Virus record (IMG/VR): IMGVR_UViG_3300019776_000324
Location: 1 to 64,000 of that record
Direction: 5' to 3' (one strand)
DNA: 64,000 nucleotides
Under the pieces are notes generated by a model, which did not search any database, was not told the DNA's origin, and saw only the letters and a list, made by a program, of their open reading frames with translations. Positions 43,562 to 53,700 of the stretch are shown in pieces. Numbering within the stretch: the first letter of the stretch is position 1; every line of letters begins with the position of its first letter. A program made the position numbers and the translations under genes.

Positions 43562-44306
43562 CGATCTCTCCTAGTTGTTGTTTACCCATAGCGTGGAAGT
43601 CTTGCCGCAATTCAATCCAGCGTGGCTTATTTTCTGCATTTACAAAATCTACACGGTAACGATCTGTATCTAACTGTGTTAACTTATGCTCTGGAGTTAA
43701 ACTTGCTAACAGCCACGGAATACCTGCATGATCAATGGTATGCCCATTTACTATACCCAACGCAATACTTAACGCATGATCATTTCTATATGTTGGCTTT
43801 GAATTTTTATATAAAGCACAATAGTGATTCCAGTTATCGCGAATCATTTGCATTGAATCAAATATTAATTCTGCTTGCTTACTACGACGAAACATCATTA
43901 CCGTTGCCCACCACATAGGCATGCGATTGTCTCCAAAGTAATTTAATCCTTCAAAGTTATTACAACCAGTGACATCATAGGCCCAACGATGTGCTAGAAA
44001 GTCTTGATCGGCTTCTAATACTGACTTTAGCTGATCACTAGCTACAACATAGTCCGCATCTAATACTAATGTTCTATCCCACGGCGACAAACGATATGCA
44101 TCCATGCGATTAAGATTGTGCCAAGTAACTGTGCCTACATCGCTAAAGTATCTTGTGTTAGTACCTTCTGCGGTGTCTGTTACTTCTGTTACTATGTGCG
44201 TTGGTATGCCAAGGTGACGCTCAATGTTCTTTGCAGACCACTTAGCCATGGCAAGATAGTCAATCTGTTCATTGTTACGAGCAAAGATTAAAGCACCTGT
44301 GGTCAT
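43545..44306 (-). CDS. Nucleotide-diphospho-sugar transferase-like (GT8-like) protein
   Basis: 'SPWDRTLVLDADY' DxD, 'RNDHA' and 'HAMGK'. Confidence 0.65.
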   Translation of the reverse strand: MTTGALIFARNNEQIDYLAMAKWSAKNIERHLGIPTHIVTEVTDTAEGTNTRYFSDVGTVTWHNLNRMDAYRLSPWDRTLVLDADYVVASDQLKSVLEADQDFLAHRWAYDVTGCNNFEGLNYFGDNRMPMWWATVMMFRRSKQAELIFDSMQMIRDNWNHYCALYKNSKPTYRNDHALSIALGIVNGHTIDHAGIPWLLASLTPEHKLTQLDTDRYRVDFVNAENKPRWIELRQDFHAMGKQQLGEIVASPC

Positions 44307-44605
44307 CTATTTCGGTTTAGTTCTTCGTACTCTACAAGCCAGGCATTGAGTTGTTCTTGCCAGCGTTGTAGTACTTGTTCGTAAAACTCTTCGGCATTGA
44401 CCTGTACAGGATTTTGGTACAAATCCTGTATCACTACAGTTCCAGTACAGCATTTTAAAGTGGTTAATAGCTCAGGACCAGCTTGCCACATTCCACCTGC
44501 GTGTGCAAATATAAATTTGGCTTGATATTTTTCTCGAAGATTCCGTTTAGCCGATTCGTGGTCAAAACGGGCACGGGCGTGTGCGATTAAGTTTTCAGTG
44601 TCCAT
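44303..44605 (-). CDS. Hypothetical protein
   Basis: First ORF after the promoter at 44612-44640. Confidence 0.75.
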   Translation of the reverse strand: MDTENLIAHARARFDHESAKRNLREKYQAKFIFAHAGGMWQAGPELLTTLKCCTGTVVIQDLYQNPVQVNAEEFYEQVLQRWQEQLNAWLVEYEELNRNR

Positions 44606-44611
44606 AGGTTT

Positions 44612-44640
44612 ATTATACTACAAAAAGCGGATAAGGTAAA
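44612..44640 (-). promoter_or_regulatory. Sigma70-type promoter heading the minus-strand tailoring operon
   Basis: On the minus strand, TTTACC-17bp-TATAAT; ATG is 6 nt downstream. Confidence 0.65.
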
Positions 44641-44658
44641 GCCCCTTGCGGGGCTTTT
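44638..44658 (-). terminator. Rho-independent terminator (GCAA tetraloop)
   Basis: On the minus strand, AAAGCCCC-gcaa-GGGGCTTT. Confidence 0.75.
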
Positions 44659-44676
44659 GGTAAAGCTACAGTGCCG

Positions 44677-45666
44677 TTAGGCTACAGATGCGGCAATAGT
44701 TGGGGTACCCCAAGTATTTGTCAAATAGGTTGTACTTGGTGGAATATAAGTTACTAATGTTGTTGGTGCTGTAGCAGCGCCAATTGTGGTTGATGGACTT
44801 GCTACAGCAGTACCACCAGAAATATTACTTGTTGTTCCTGGTGCACTAACCGCTGGTTGAACCCAAGTAGTAACAAGTGTTAATACTGTGCTTGATGTTG
44901 CTGTGGCAGTTGTACGGATATATTCGCCTGTGTATGGTGTGCCGGCATTGTTTAATTGGAAAATTGTTGTTGGCGTTCCAATAAGATTATACCAGCCAGT
45001 GCTAGTAGCCAAAGTAGTTTGTGTACCACCTGTACCACCTAAGCGTGTTGTACCTGTGTAGGCTTGAGCTGCAATAGTTTGTGCGCCGCCGGTGATATTA
45101 ATACTACCGCATTGGCCTGCAAATGTGTTCCAGTCAGCATCAAGGTCAGTACCGGTACTTGATTTACCGTATTGAATTTTTACAATGCCGCCGGCATTAA
45201 AGAAATAACGAGTTTGGTCAGCACTTGGAAATGTTACTGTATGAGTAAATGTAATTGTCCAGGCACCTTGTGTTCCGTTACTAGTTGCTGTAGTTTTACT
45301 TGTCGTTCCGCTAAATGTACCATAAGCAGCACCAGAAGTAGATGCATTACCGCGATTGTTGTAGCAGTTTGTTAAGTCTGTACTAACTGCGGCTAGTGCA
45401 GTAATGGTCTGACCTGCTGTAGGAGCAGTTCTTGATGTAAGAGTTGTGCCAGTTTGACTACCCATGAGTGCCAAGGTATTAACCAAACTTGCCCAATTTG
45501 TTGCTGTTACAGTGCCGCCAATACCTACTGTGCTTAGTGCAGATTGCCCCCAGCCAGCATTAGTAGTACCTGTGCTCCATGTTGCGTTAACGTTGGCGCC
45601 TGATGTTGTGCTAACAAAACCATTATAGTCTGATGCTTGAATTAATCCACCTGATGAATATGTCAT
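44677..45666 (-). CDS. Thr/Ser/Gly-rich virion (fibre/baseplate) protein
   Basis: 'MTYSSGGLIQASDYN...GWGQ...W..L...RYFFNAGG'; very high T/S/G/A content. Confidence 0.65.
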   Translation of the reverse strand: MTYSSGGLIQASDYNGFVSTTSGANVNATWSTGTTNAGWGQSALSTVGIGGTVTATNWASLVNTLALMGSQTGTTLTSRTAPTAGQTITALAAVSTDLTNCYNNRGNASTSGAAYGTFSGTTSKTTATSNGTQGAWTITFTHTVTFPSADQTRYFFNAGGIVKIQYGKSSTGTDLDADWNTFAGQCGSINITGGAQTIAAQAYTGTTRLGGTGGTQTTLATSTGWYNLIGTPTTIFQLNNAGTPYTGEYIRTTATATSSTVLTLVTTWVQPAVSAPGTTSNISGGTAVASPSTTIGAATAPTTLVTYIPPSTTYLTNTWGTPTIAASVA

Positions 45667-45681
45667 ACTTTATTTTTCCAA

Positions 45682-46959
45682 TTAATTTGTAGTAACGATT
45701 GCTTCTACTGTACCTTCGGTTGCATCTAATTTATCGCGTAATGCACGACCAATAACATTAAAAGCTGTAGCTTCGCCAGGTTGTGCTGCTCTTGCTAACC
45801 CATTACCTGCGCTTACTAATCGATCACCTTTGTAGATGATTCCAACGGATCTAACCGGTACTCGTCCAGTCATTGCAACTGGTGGATGTGTAGCGTCTGT
45901 ACCAGCTTGGCTATTCATTAAGTAAGCAGCTCTTGTACTTATCACACCAAAAACTTTTTCACTTAATTCGCTAGTAACTTGAGTGATTTCAGCTGAACCG
46001 CCGAGCTCTACCACAGTACCAGGAACCATTTCTACATCTGCTTCAAAGCGTTCTGCAACGTCAGCGTAGTTTGCGTTGATTTGGTTACCACTGATAGTGC
46101 CGTTAGCACCGTAAATAGTCATTGCTGTAGTTGGTGTACCACCAATGTTTACACTGAATGAAAGATTACCGTTGCTAGTTTGATTTGATACTGATACATT
46201 TGTGTTAGATACCTGAACTCTGAAATCTGAGTTTAAGCCAACTGCTAAACCTGTATTGTTAAGAACACTCACAGTTCCTGTAGTTTGTGTATTTGCATCA
46301 CTGCGCATAAACTGAGTGCTAGACAAACTATTTAACTGTTGAGCGTTTGTTGCTGTGCCTTGGAACAATGGAACCTGTGAACCAACTAATGTTGACAATG
46401 TGATACCAGGGCGAACTGTTGTGAATCCACTTAGTGGAGGACTTGGGGTAAATGCAGCATCTTTACTGATAATACCAACAATACTGTTGTTTACATATAA
46501 TTCTACAACAACGTGATTGGTAGTGCCGTCTGACAATGTTGCTACGATTGCACCTGTTGTGCCTGTACCTGCGGTAAACTGTGGTCCAATTAATAACCAT
46601 GCACTACCAGTCCAAACATTTAACTGAGCATTTGTAGTGTCGTACCATAAGTCACCTGTACTGTTGCTTGTCGGAGCAGTTGAGCTAGCAGTAGCGGCAC
46701 TAATAGTTTTGAAAAGTGTACCGTTGTAAACTTTTAAAAGATTATTACCAGAATCCCACCAAAGCTGACCTGTTAATGGTGCTCCAGGAGGTGTTGTATT
46801 TGAACCGTTTTCTAGTAAATGAATAAAGTTGGTATCTAAAAAGTCGCCGTAACCAGCGTAGTTTTTACCAATCAAGGTCATTGAACTTGATGTGTTGATG
46901 GTACCGTCTGCTATTGTAGCAAAGACTGTACCGTCAGTTAAATTAATTGTATATGCCAT
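45682..46959 (-). CDS. Tail fibre-like protein with C-terminal intramolecular-chaperone-like domain
   Basis: N-terminal 'LIGKNYAGYG..NF.HLLEN', 'GQLWWD' and 'GDLWYD'; C-terminal 'YADVAERF...PGTVV...GVIST...GRVPV'. Confidence 0.7.
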   Translation of the reverse strand: MAYTINLTDGTVFATIADGTINTSSSMTLIGKNYAGYGDFLDTNFIHLLENGSNTTPPGAPLTGQLWWDSGNNLLKVYNGTLFKTISAATASSTAPTSNSTGDLWYDTTNAQLNVWTGSAWLLIGPQFTAGTGTTGAIVATLSDGTTNHVVVELYVNNSIVGIISKDAAFTPSPPLSGFTTVRPGITLSTLVGSQVPLFQGTATNAQQLNSLSSTQFMRSDANTQTTGTVSVLNNTGLAVGLNSDFRVQVSNTNVSVSNQTSNGNLSFSVNIGGTPTTAMTIYGANGTISGNQINANYADVAERFEADVEMVPGTVVELGGSAEITQVTSELSEKVFGVISTRAAYLMNSQAGTDATHPPVAMTGRVPVRSVGIIYKGDRLVSAGNGLARAAQPGEATAFNVIGRALRDKLDATEGTVEAIVTTN

Positions 46960-46978
46960 TTATTGCTCCGTCTTTGTA

Positions 46979-46984
46979 TATTTA
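46979..46984 (-). promoter_or_regulatory. Putative late promoter TAAATA
   Basis: GGTAAATA upstream of GGAG SD and ATG 46959. Confidence 0.45.
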
Positions 46985-47006
46985 CCGCAAAATAATATAC
47001 TCATAT

Positions 47007-47615
47007 TTATGCTGTACTCAAGTTAGTTAAAGTTTGAATACGCAAAGTATAATCAATTTGAATTTGGCGATTTAAGCTCTTTTGTACTGGGTGGAAAATT
47101 ACATGAGTAATTAGCAATAAATTAGTAGCACTTCCGTTCCAGCACTGTAAGCCCAATTCGTCAAATACGAATTCACCGTTAAAATTGGTACTATTATCAA
47201 ATGCTTGTTGTCCAGCAGGTTCGCCGTAATCTAACAAGCAAGTAGTTACAATATCAGTATAAACATTACCTGATGTATGTAAAACTGTGAGATAGTTATT
47301 TGCTGGGTCAACATCGGCTGCTGAATTGTTATCAACTACCTTGGAATATGTTTCGTTATACAAACTGGCATTTTGTCCAGTTGTGTTTGGCGGCAAATAA
47401 GTGATAACACCGGTTGGATCAACTGCGCTGCCGCCGTTGCCGAATGCCATTTTATAGATAAATCCTGTATTTTTATCAGCTAGAGTATTAGCCATGCAAA
47501 TACTAATGTTCTCGTAGTGAATTGCATTCTTTTTATCTACAAATACTTCACCCGATGCTGGGTCATAAACTTTTAAAAAGCCTTGAATGCTAGTTAAGCC
47601 TGGGGTTAAAATCAT
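47007..47615 (-). CDS. Virion/baseplate structural protein
   Basis: In the late cluster; 'MAFGNGG', 'FDELGL' and 'THVIFHPVQKSLNR.I.I.YT'. Confidence 0.65.
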   Translation of the reverse strand: MILTPGLTSIQGFLKVYDPASGEVFVDKKNAIHYENISICMANTLADKNTGFIYKMAFGNGGSAVDPTGVITYLPPNTTGQNASLYNETYSKVVDNNSAADVDPANNYLTVLHTSGNVYTDIVTTCLLDYGEPAGQQAFDNSTNFNGEFVFDELGLQCWNGSATNLLLITHVIFHPVQKSLNRQIQIDYTLRIQTLTNLSTA

Positions 47616-47752
47616 GCTCGTTTCTCCACGAATACCTTTTTAGTGTTTGGGTCAAAAATCTTTACAAAACCTTCAACAGAAACCGATCCTGTTTCGTTAG
47701 GGCGCTTTGGTGCAGGAGTTGGAGCTGGCTTTGGTGTAATATTTTCAGTCAT
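47612..47752 (-). CDS. 46-aa peptide (missing from ORF track)
   Basis: MTENITPKPAPTPAPKRPNETGSVSVEGFVKIFDPNTKKVFVEKRA; ATGA overlap with 47615 and TAAATA at 47757-47762. Confidence 0.7.
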   Translation of the reverse strand: MTENITPKPAPTPAPKRPNETGSVSVEGFVKIFDPNTKKVFVEKRA

Positions 47753-47768
47753 GATTTATTTACCTGGT

Positions 47769-50700
47769 TTATAGACCCCGTAAAAACCTTGCGGCCTTAG
47801 TTTCGGTTTCTTGTAGCGGAACACCGTTACTTGCGGTGCCTGCACCTTGCTCGTACCATGTTACACCTCTGCGAACCAACATTGTAACTTCTGCTCCAGC
47901 AGGCGGTGCATCAGTAAATGTAATTTCTGCTGGATTTTCGCCTGTAACTGTGTAGCCAGTAGTTACTCTGGTTCCGCCAACATATACTTCTAAACTTTCG
48001 TCACGGATTGAACTATCTTCCAACAACAAATTGATATCAACTGCGGTAAACACTGTAGTTGATCCATCAGCTATTGCGCTGTTAGTTACAATATAGTTTT
48101 GATATTGTTCTGGTAACAAATTGCCGCGGCCTAGGTTATAAACTATTGCATCACTATCGTGCGGTGCAGCGGCTGTACCGGCAGTTCCTCTTAGCAAGCC
48201 ACTTACAGTACCAGTTTGTTCATCCCAATAACGATACATGATACGCTCAGCATCAATTGTTAACACTCCCCAAATATTAGCAGCAAAATTTGGTTGTGTC
48301 AATGCTAGAATATTACCAACATAGATAACATCATCATCTTGAGCAACTGGTTGAGTAGTTACTGTTGTTGTTTGTGGAGTCATTCTATAAGTAGCCTGTA
48401 CTCCGCGCATGTCCTGGAATATTCTAAACTCCATAGATCCTGGAACTACACTTTGAGTAAAGCTGGTAATTGCCACAACTGTCTGTGCTGGGATCGTAGG
48501 GCCTAGGATAACAACATTTGATCCGTCAACTGTAAATCCAATGCCATTAAAGATCCATTCTCCGTTGACTGTAACCAGAAGTCTGTCTGGATTGTCGATG
48601 ATTGTACCAGTATCAAATACATTGGATTGTATTTGTGAACCAACACTGTAATCATACGATCCAGTAGTGTTGTTAACTGATGCGCTGTCAAAATCAACAC
48701 TATCGTATCCTTCTGATATTGTTATTCCAGAAGTAGTTGGGCCTACAAACACTTGTGTAAGTATGCCTTGTTCACTGGTGTCATTCCAAGTCACAAATTC
48801 AAGAAGGTCACCAACTTGCGGACTTAATCCTGCTTCTGGAAGGAAAGTTAATTCGTTGCCAGATATATTATACTGTGCTCCAGTTGAAACAGAAACTATC
48901 AATACTGTTCCTGGTGCTGGTGGAAATGCCATTGTAATAGTACGATTAGAAGAACCGTCCCATGGGCTAACTACATAAACAACATTTTGTTCTTGTAGTA
49001 CATTGTTGAAATATACTTCTACATCTGAGTCAGCAATCAATCCTTCGCTATATCCGCCGCGACTTGGTAAATCAAAAGTCTCAGTAGATCCATCACCAAT
49101 ATATCGTACGCTTTCGTATGGACGAGCTCTTACACCGTTACGCAATACCATTATGTTAACTGGGTTTGTACCTTGTAAACTATTAGTTAATGTGTAAGTT
49201 AATTGTGATGAGTCAGTAACTGTAGTAGTCTGGAATACTGGTAAACTCCAACTGTAAGTTGTGCCGTTGTAACCATATCCAAACGCAGCAAGATTGATAC
49301 GATCTGTAATGCCGTAAGTATCAGTGAATGTTACTAGAGTATTGTTTGTTCCAGCAATCTGCGCATAGGTATAATCAACTCCATTGACTAATTGTGTTTC
49401 GCCATTATAAATTAGGAATTCATATATGAGAGCCGCACCTGAAATTTCTGTCCAATAAGTTGTATTAGTTGGTAGTTGTCCAGAAAAATCATTGTCAATT
49501 GATTGATAGAACAGATTGTTATAAGAAACTACATCACCGTAGAAATATGTTGTTGAACTATTAAAAGCAACCGGAGTTGTAAACGGTACAACGACTGAGT
49601 CAAGTGATGCTTCGTTATAGGTCTCAAGATACAGTTGATTTCCACCGCCTACACCTGTAACATACGCAATTATAGTGTCGCCAGCTCTTGCTGTAGTTGG
49701 ATCAACAGTTAATTCATACTCAGCCCAATTGTACGACAACGGCTCAATTGCTAATTCAAGAGTAGCATTAAACAATATTACAACCATTGGATTTGCTAGT
49801 ACATTAGCAAAACTTATTGTAGGGTTAGCAGGATCGTACTCATAGCGACGACTAGCTATTGGGAATCCGTGTCCAAGGCCAAGCCAGTCAGCACCAGGAG
49901 TTGTGTAAACTCTAAAGTCTAAGGTATCAAATTCTGCACCTGGGATTAATTCTTCTGGTGCATGACTACTATATGTGTCAACATAGGCGCCGCCGTCAAC
50001 ATTAATGTCAGTAGGTCTTGTACCTAAATAGGTATCCAAGTACGAGCTTGAATATATTGCATCTAAAATTTCAGGTGAGTATGTTGGTGCACCTTCTGCT
50101 CCATATGCAATGTTATCAAACGGGTTGATGTCAAAATTACCAACATCAAAACCAGTATTTTGACTGAATGTAGGAGCAGTTACTTGTACACCTGGATAAT
50201 CAATACCATCTATCAACAGTGGAAGGCTCAAGCCAGGCATGTTGATACCAGGAACATAGTATCCCATTGTGCGGTCAACACCGCTTAGGTCACCAGCTTC
50301 GATTAATGTCCAATTGCTAGGAACAAACACAGAACTTGATCCAGATTGATCAGCTTCCCAAACTGCGTTAGACCAGCGTACTCTTGCGCCCTGGATGTAG
50401 GTTACATTGGCTTGCCATTCAGCAATACTGGTTGAATATTGATAACGGTCGTATTTGATTGTAGTCTTAATAGATCGTACAAGGCCGTTGCCCATTTGTG
50501 ATACAGCTATGGCTCCAGATCCGTTACCGCCAGTGAATGTAATAATTGCAGTAGTACTATATCCGTAACCTGGATCTACTATATTAACGCCACTAACTTG
50601 TCCAGAACCGTTGATGATTGCTGTAATAGTTGCTGGAGTAATGCAATCACCAGTTACTACTACATCAGGAGCAATAGTATATCCAGATCCGCCATTGATA

Positions 50701-53700
50701 ACTGTAACGCCTTCAATTTCTAACAAGTAATTGTTGTACCATTGTGCCCATGGATTTTCTAACCATATTTGTGCGTTAGGCGCAGCATCACTATTAGTTG
50801 ATTCAACTAAACTACCTGACATGGTATAAGGAGTTAACACTGGGCTTGTAAACTGAGGAATAGGTAATGCAGTATTCCAGTAAGCCGGAACATCAAAGTC
50901 TATTAGGTTACCTGGATACTCATCAGATCCATCATAGATTAAATTGAACGCAAGATTTTGTACATGGAATGGTTTAACTTCATTCAAGTAATCCAACACG
51001 AATGTTTGATTGTCTGGCTGGAATAACTGATACGGCAATAATCCACGAATCACATGATCTACATCAATGTAACTGGTCTTGATTAACCAGTACGGGTTAG
51101 TAAATTCAGTGTAAATGTACTGGAACATCAACATCAATAACTGATTGCGTTCAATTAATAAATCGCCAACAAATAATTCTTCGTTGATTGCTTTAATAAT
51201 TTGACGAGTCTCGATTACTGGTTCTTGATCAAAGTACTGTGCATCAAATACTTCACTGTCAAATCCGTATAGTCCGACTGAGTAATTCCATAGTTCTTCT
51301 TTAAATGCAATAGTACCATCTTCAAGGCCAACACGATCCCAACCTAGGTCTGTACGCAGGTAAATTTCATATTTTCCTTGGCCGTTGGCAGTAACTTTAG
51401 CACTACCACCAACTGGCACAGTTGCCAGGCTCAAAGTTTGTAGATTTGAAACATTTTGAACTGTTGCCAACGGCTGTACAGAACTATTGTATCCAGGAAG
51501 ATACCAATTGATATAATTCCAATACAGTGCTGTATCGTAATTTTGTACACGAACCAAACTTAACTCTTTTGATCCTACAGTTGTACCTGCAACAACTTCA
51601 TAAATTGTCCACAGACCGTTTTGTGTACTGTCTGACAATACCAAATACAAATATCCATAAGGAACAAGTGCAAGATCCTGGTACGCCAACACTTCAAGGT
51701 TTGGAACTTCATAGTTCCATGCACCTGAATTGGCAGCAGGAGTTGGCTCTGAACTGTTTAATAAGTTAAAGCTACGAGTTTCGCTAATTGGAAATTGTGC
51801 CAATATTGAGTTTGCACGACCTAGATAATTCTGTAAAGCAGTAAATCGGTCAACAAACATACTTTGGCGTGGGCGGAATTCTACACCAAATTGAAGTCCT
51901 GGACTCAATAATGGATCTGGAACTGCGTTGCCTACTGTGTCAACACCGCATAAGCTGTCAATTAACTTACGATATAAATTGGCATTTAAAAATGCATTTG
52001 CTCGCCCGTCTGCTATGAATTGATATTCAGTGTGAATGTCTGCGTTGCCACCAAGTGCTTGACGATCGTACTCAACATGCAATATTGTATCACTTGCTGA
52101 CAATAAACTTGAAGCATTGTAAACTGCTACAGTGTTTGCGTTGATACCAGCAATGTACGGAAGTCCGCTGCTGATTGGATTTAAAATATAACTGGCAATA
52201 GCGTTTGTGCTGAGTGTTTTACCATAAGCGGTCGCTACAGTTGATAATCCTCTTACCCAGAAATAGTAGCTAGTAACTAATATTCCAGTGTCTGTAATTG
52301 ATGACTTAACTGTGTAACTGGTAGAACTAAGCGGAGTACCGTCACCAGTGTAGTTAGCAGGAGGAACTGAACTTTCAACCCACTGATAAATGTCAATGGT
52401 ACTGCCTGGAAATACTTGACTCCATCTGCGGCTAGCATAGATAATATTGTCTTGATTAGGATCAATAAATCTAACACTATTTGTATCCCACCAAATTTGA
52501 CCTACATGAGTTTCACCCCAGCTGGTTCCAATGTTATGAATAGTTCCAGAATTGTAATTAGCAGGATCAACTGCGCCAATGTAGTCAATGTTTCTACGAG
52601 CCACACCTAGGATCTTACCTTGTAGTGGATCAATAAAGTCAAAATATGTTTGTGCTTGGTTAGTTGTAGCTAACTTGTTATAAGAATAAACAGAATTCAA
52701 TAGAGAAACATCAACAGTCGGTTGTTGTGCATGTATCACTGTCCAGACCGGAGCATCTGTTGGGTTATCCAACACTGCTACTTGTCCATAGTTAGCTGAA
52801 CTGTCGCCAAGGTCGCTTCCCGGAGCACCAACTAATAGACGCTGACTACGATAATTTACTGCAAGACCAAACTGGTCGCCTGTGTTCAAATCAGATGAAT
52901 ATACTTGCTGACCAAAAACAAAGTTACCTGGATCAGTAATTGATGAAGTTGCGCTAGGCAAGTAATCAAATGTGTATGCTACACCAGAATTTACAATAGT
53001 GTTAAAGAATGTAGTGCTACGGTCATCAAAGTATGTTTCGCCACCATCAAATGTAGTTGGCTCATATACATCACCGTTTGGTGCGCCTACTACTAAATTA
53101 ACTGCATTGGTATTCACACTAACAGCTGAACCAAACTGTGCATAATCTGTTGGGTTAGGACTGGTAATAGTCTGAGTGTAAGGATAAGTTACAAAACCAA
53201 TGTCATAAAATGCAGAACCAATTACGCCTGGTAACACTGTTAATTTATTAAAGGTTATTGCTGCATCTGTATTGATAACATTAATTGTTATTTTTCCAGA
53301 TACTACTTTAATTGTTGCGCCATATGACGGTGCCAACACAAATGCAATCTGTTGTGTGGTATTGTTGTAGGTATAGTTAACTCCAACTGTTTGTAATGTG
53401 TCATTTACATACACTACAGTATTGTAAGAGCTAGCAGAAGAGTACATGTTACCAATTTCAAATATTTTTGTTGAGCCATCGCCTGTTAAGTAAACATCGG
53501 CGCTGCTTGTAGAAGTAACATTTGGAATGCCGGAAGAGTTGATTACAGAAACCAATCCAGCGATTGTGTTGTTTGGTGAATCTGGTATTGTAACTTCAGT
53601 ATTATTGATGCGAATAGTATCGCCACCTGTTAGCACTGGGTTTGCAATAGTTGATGTTGTTACGCCGTACACACGAGATTGATTGACATTTCGTTGAGCG

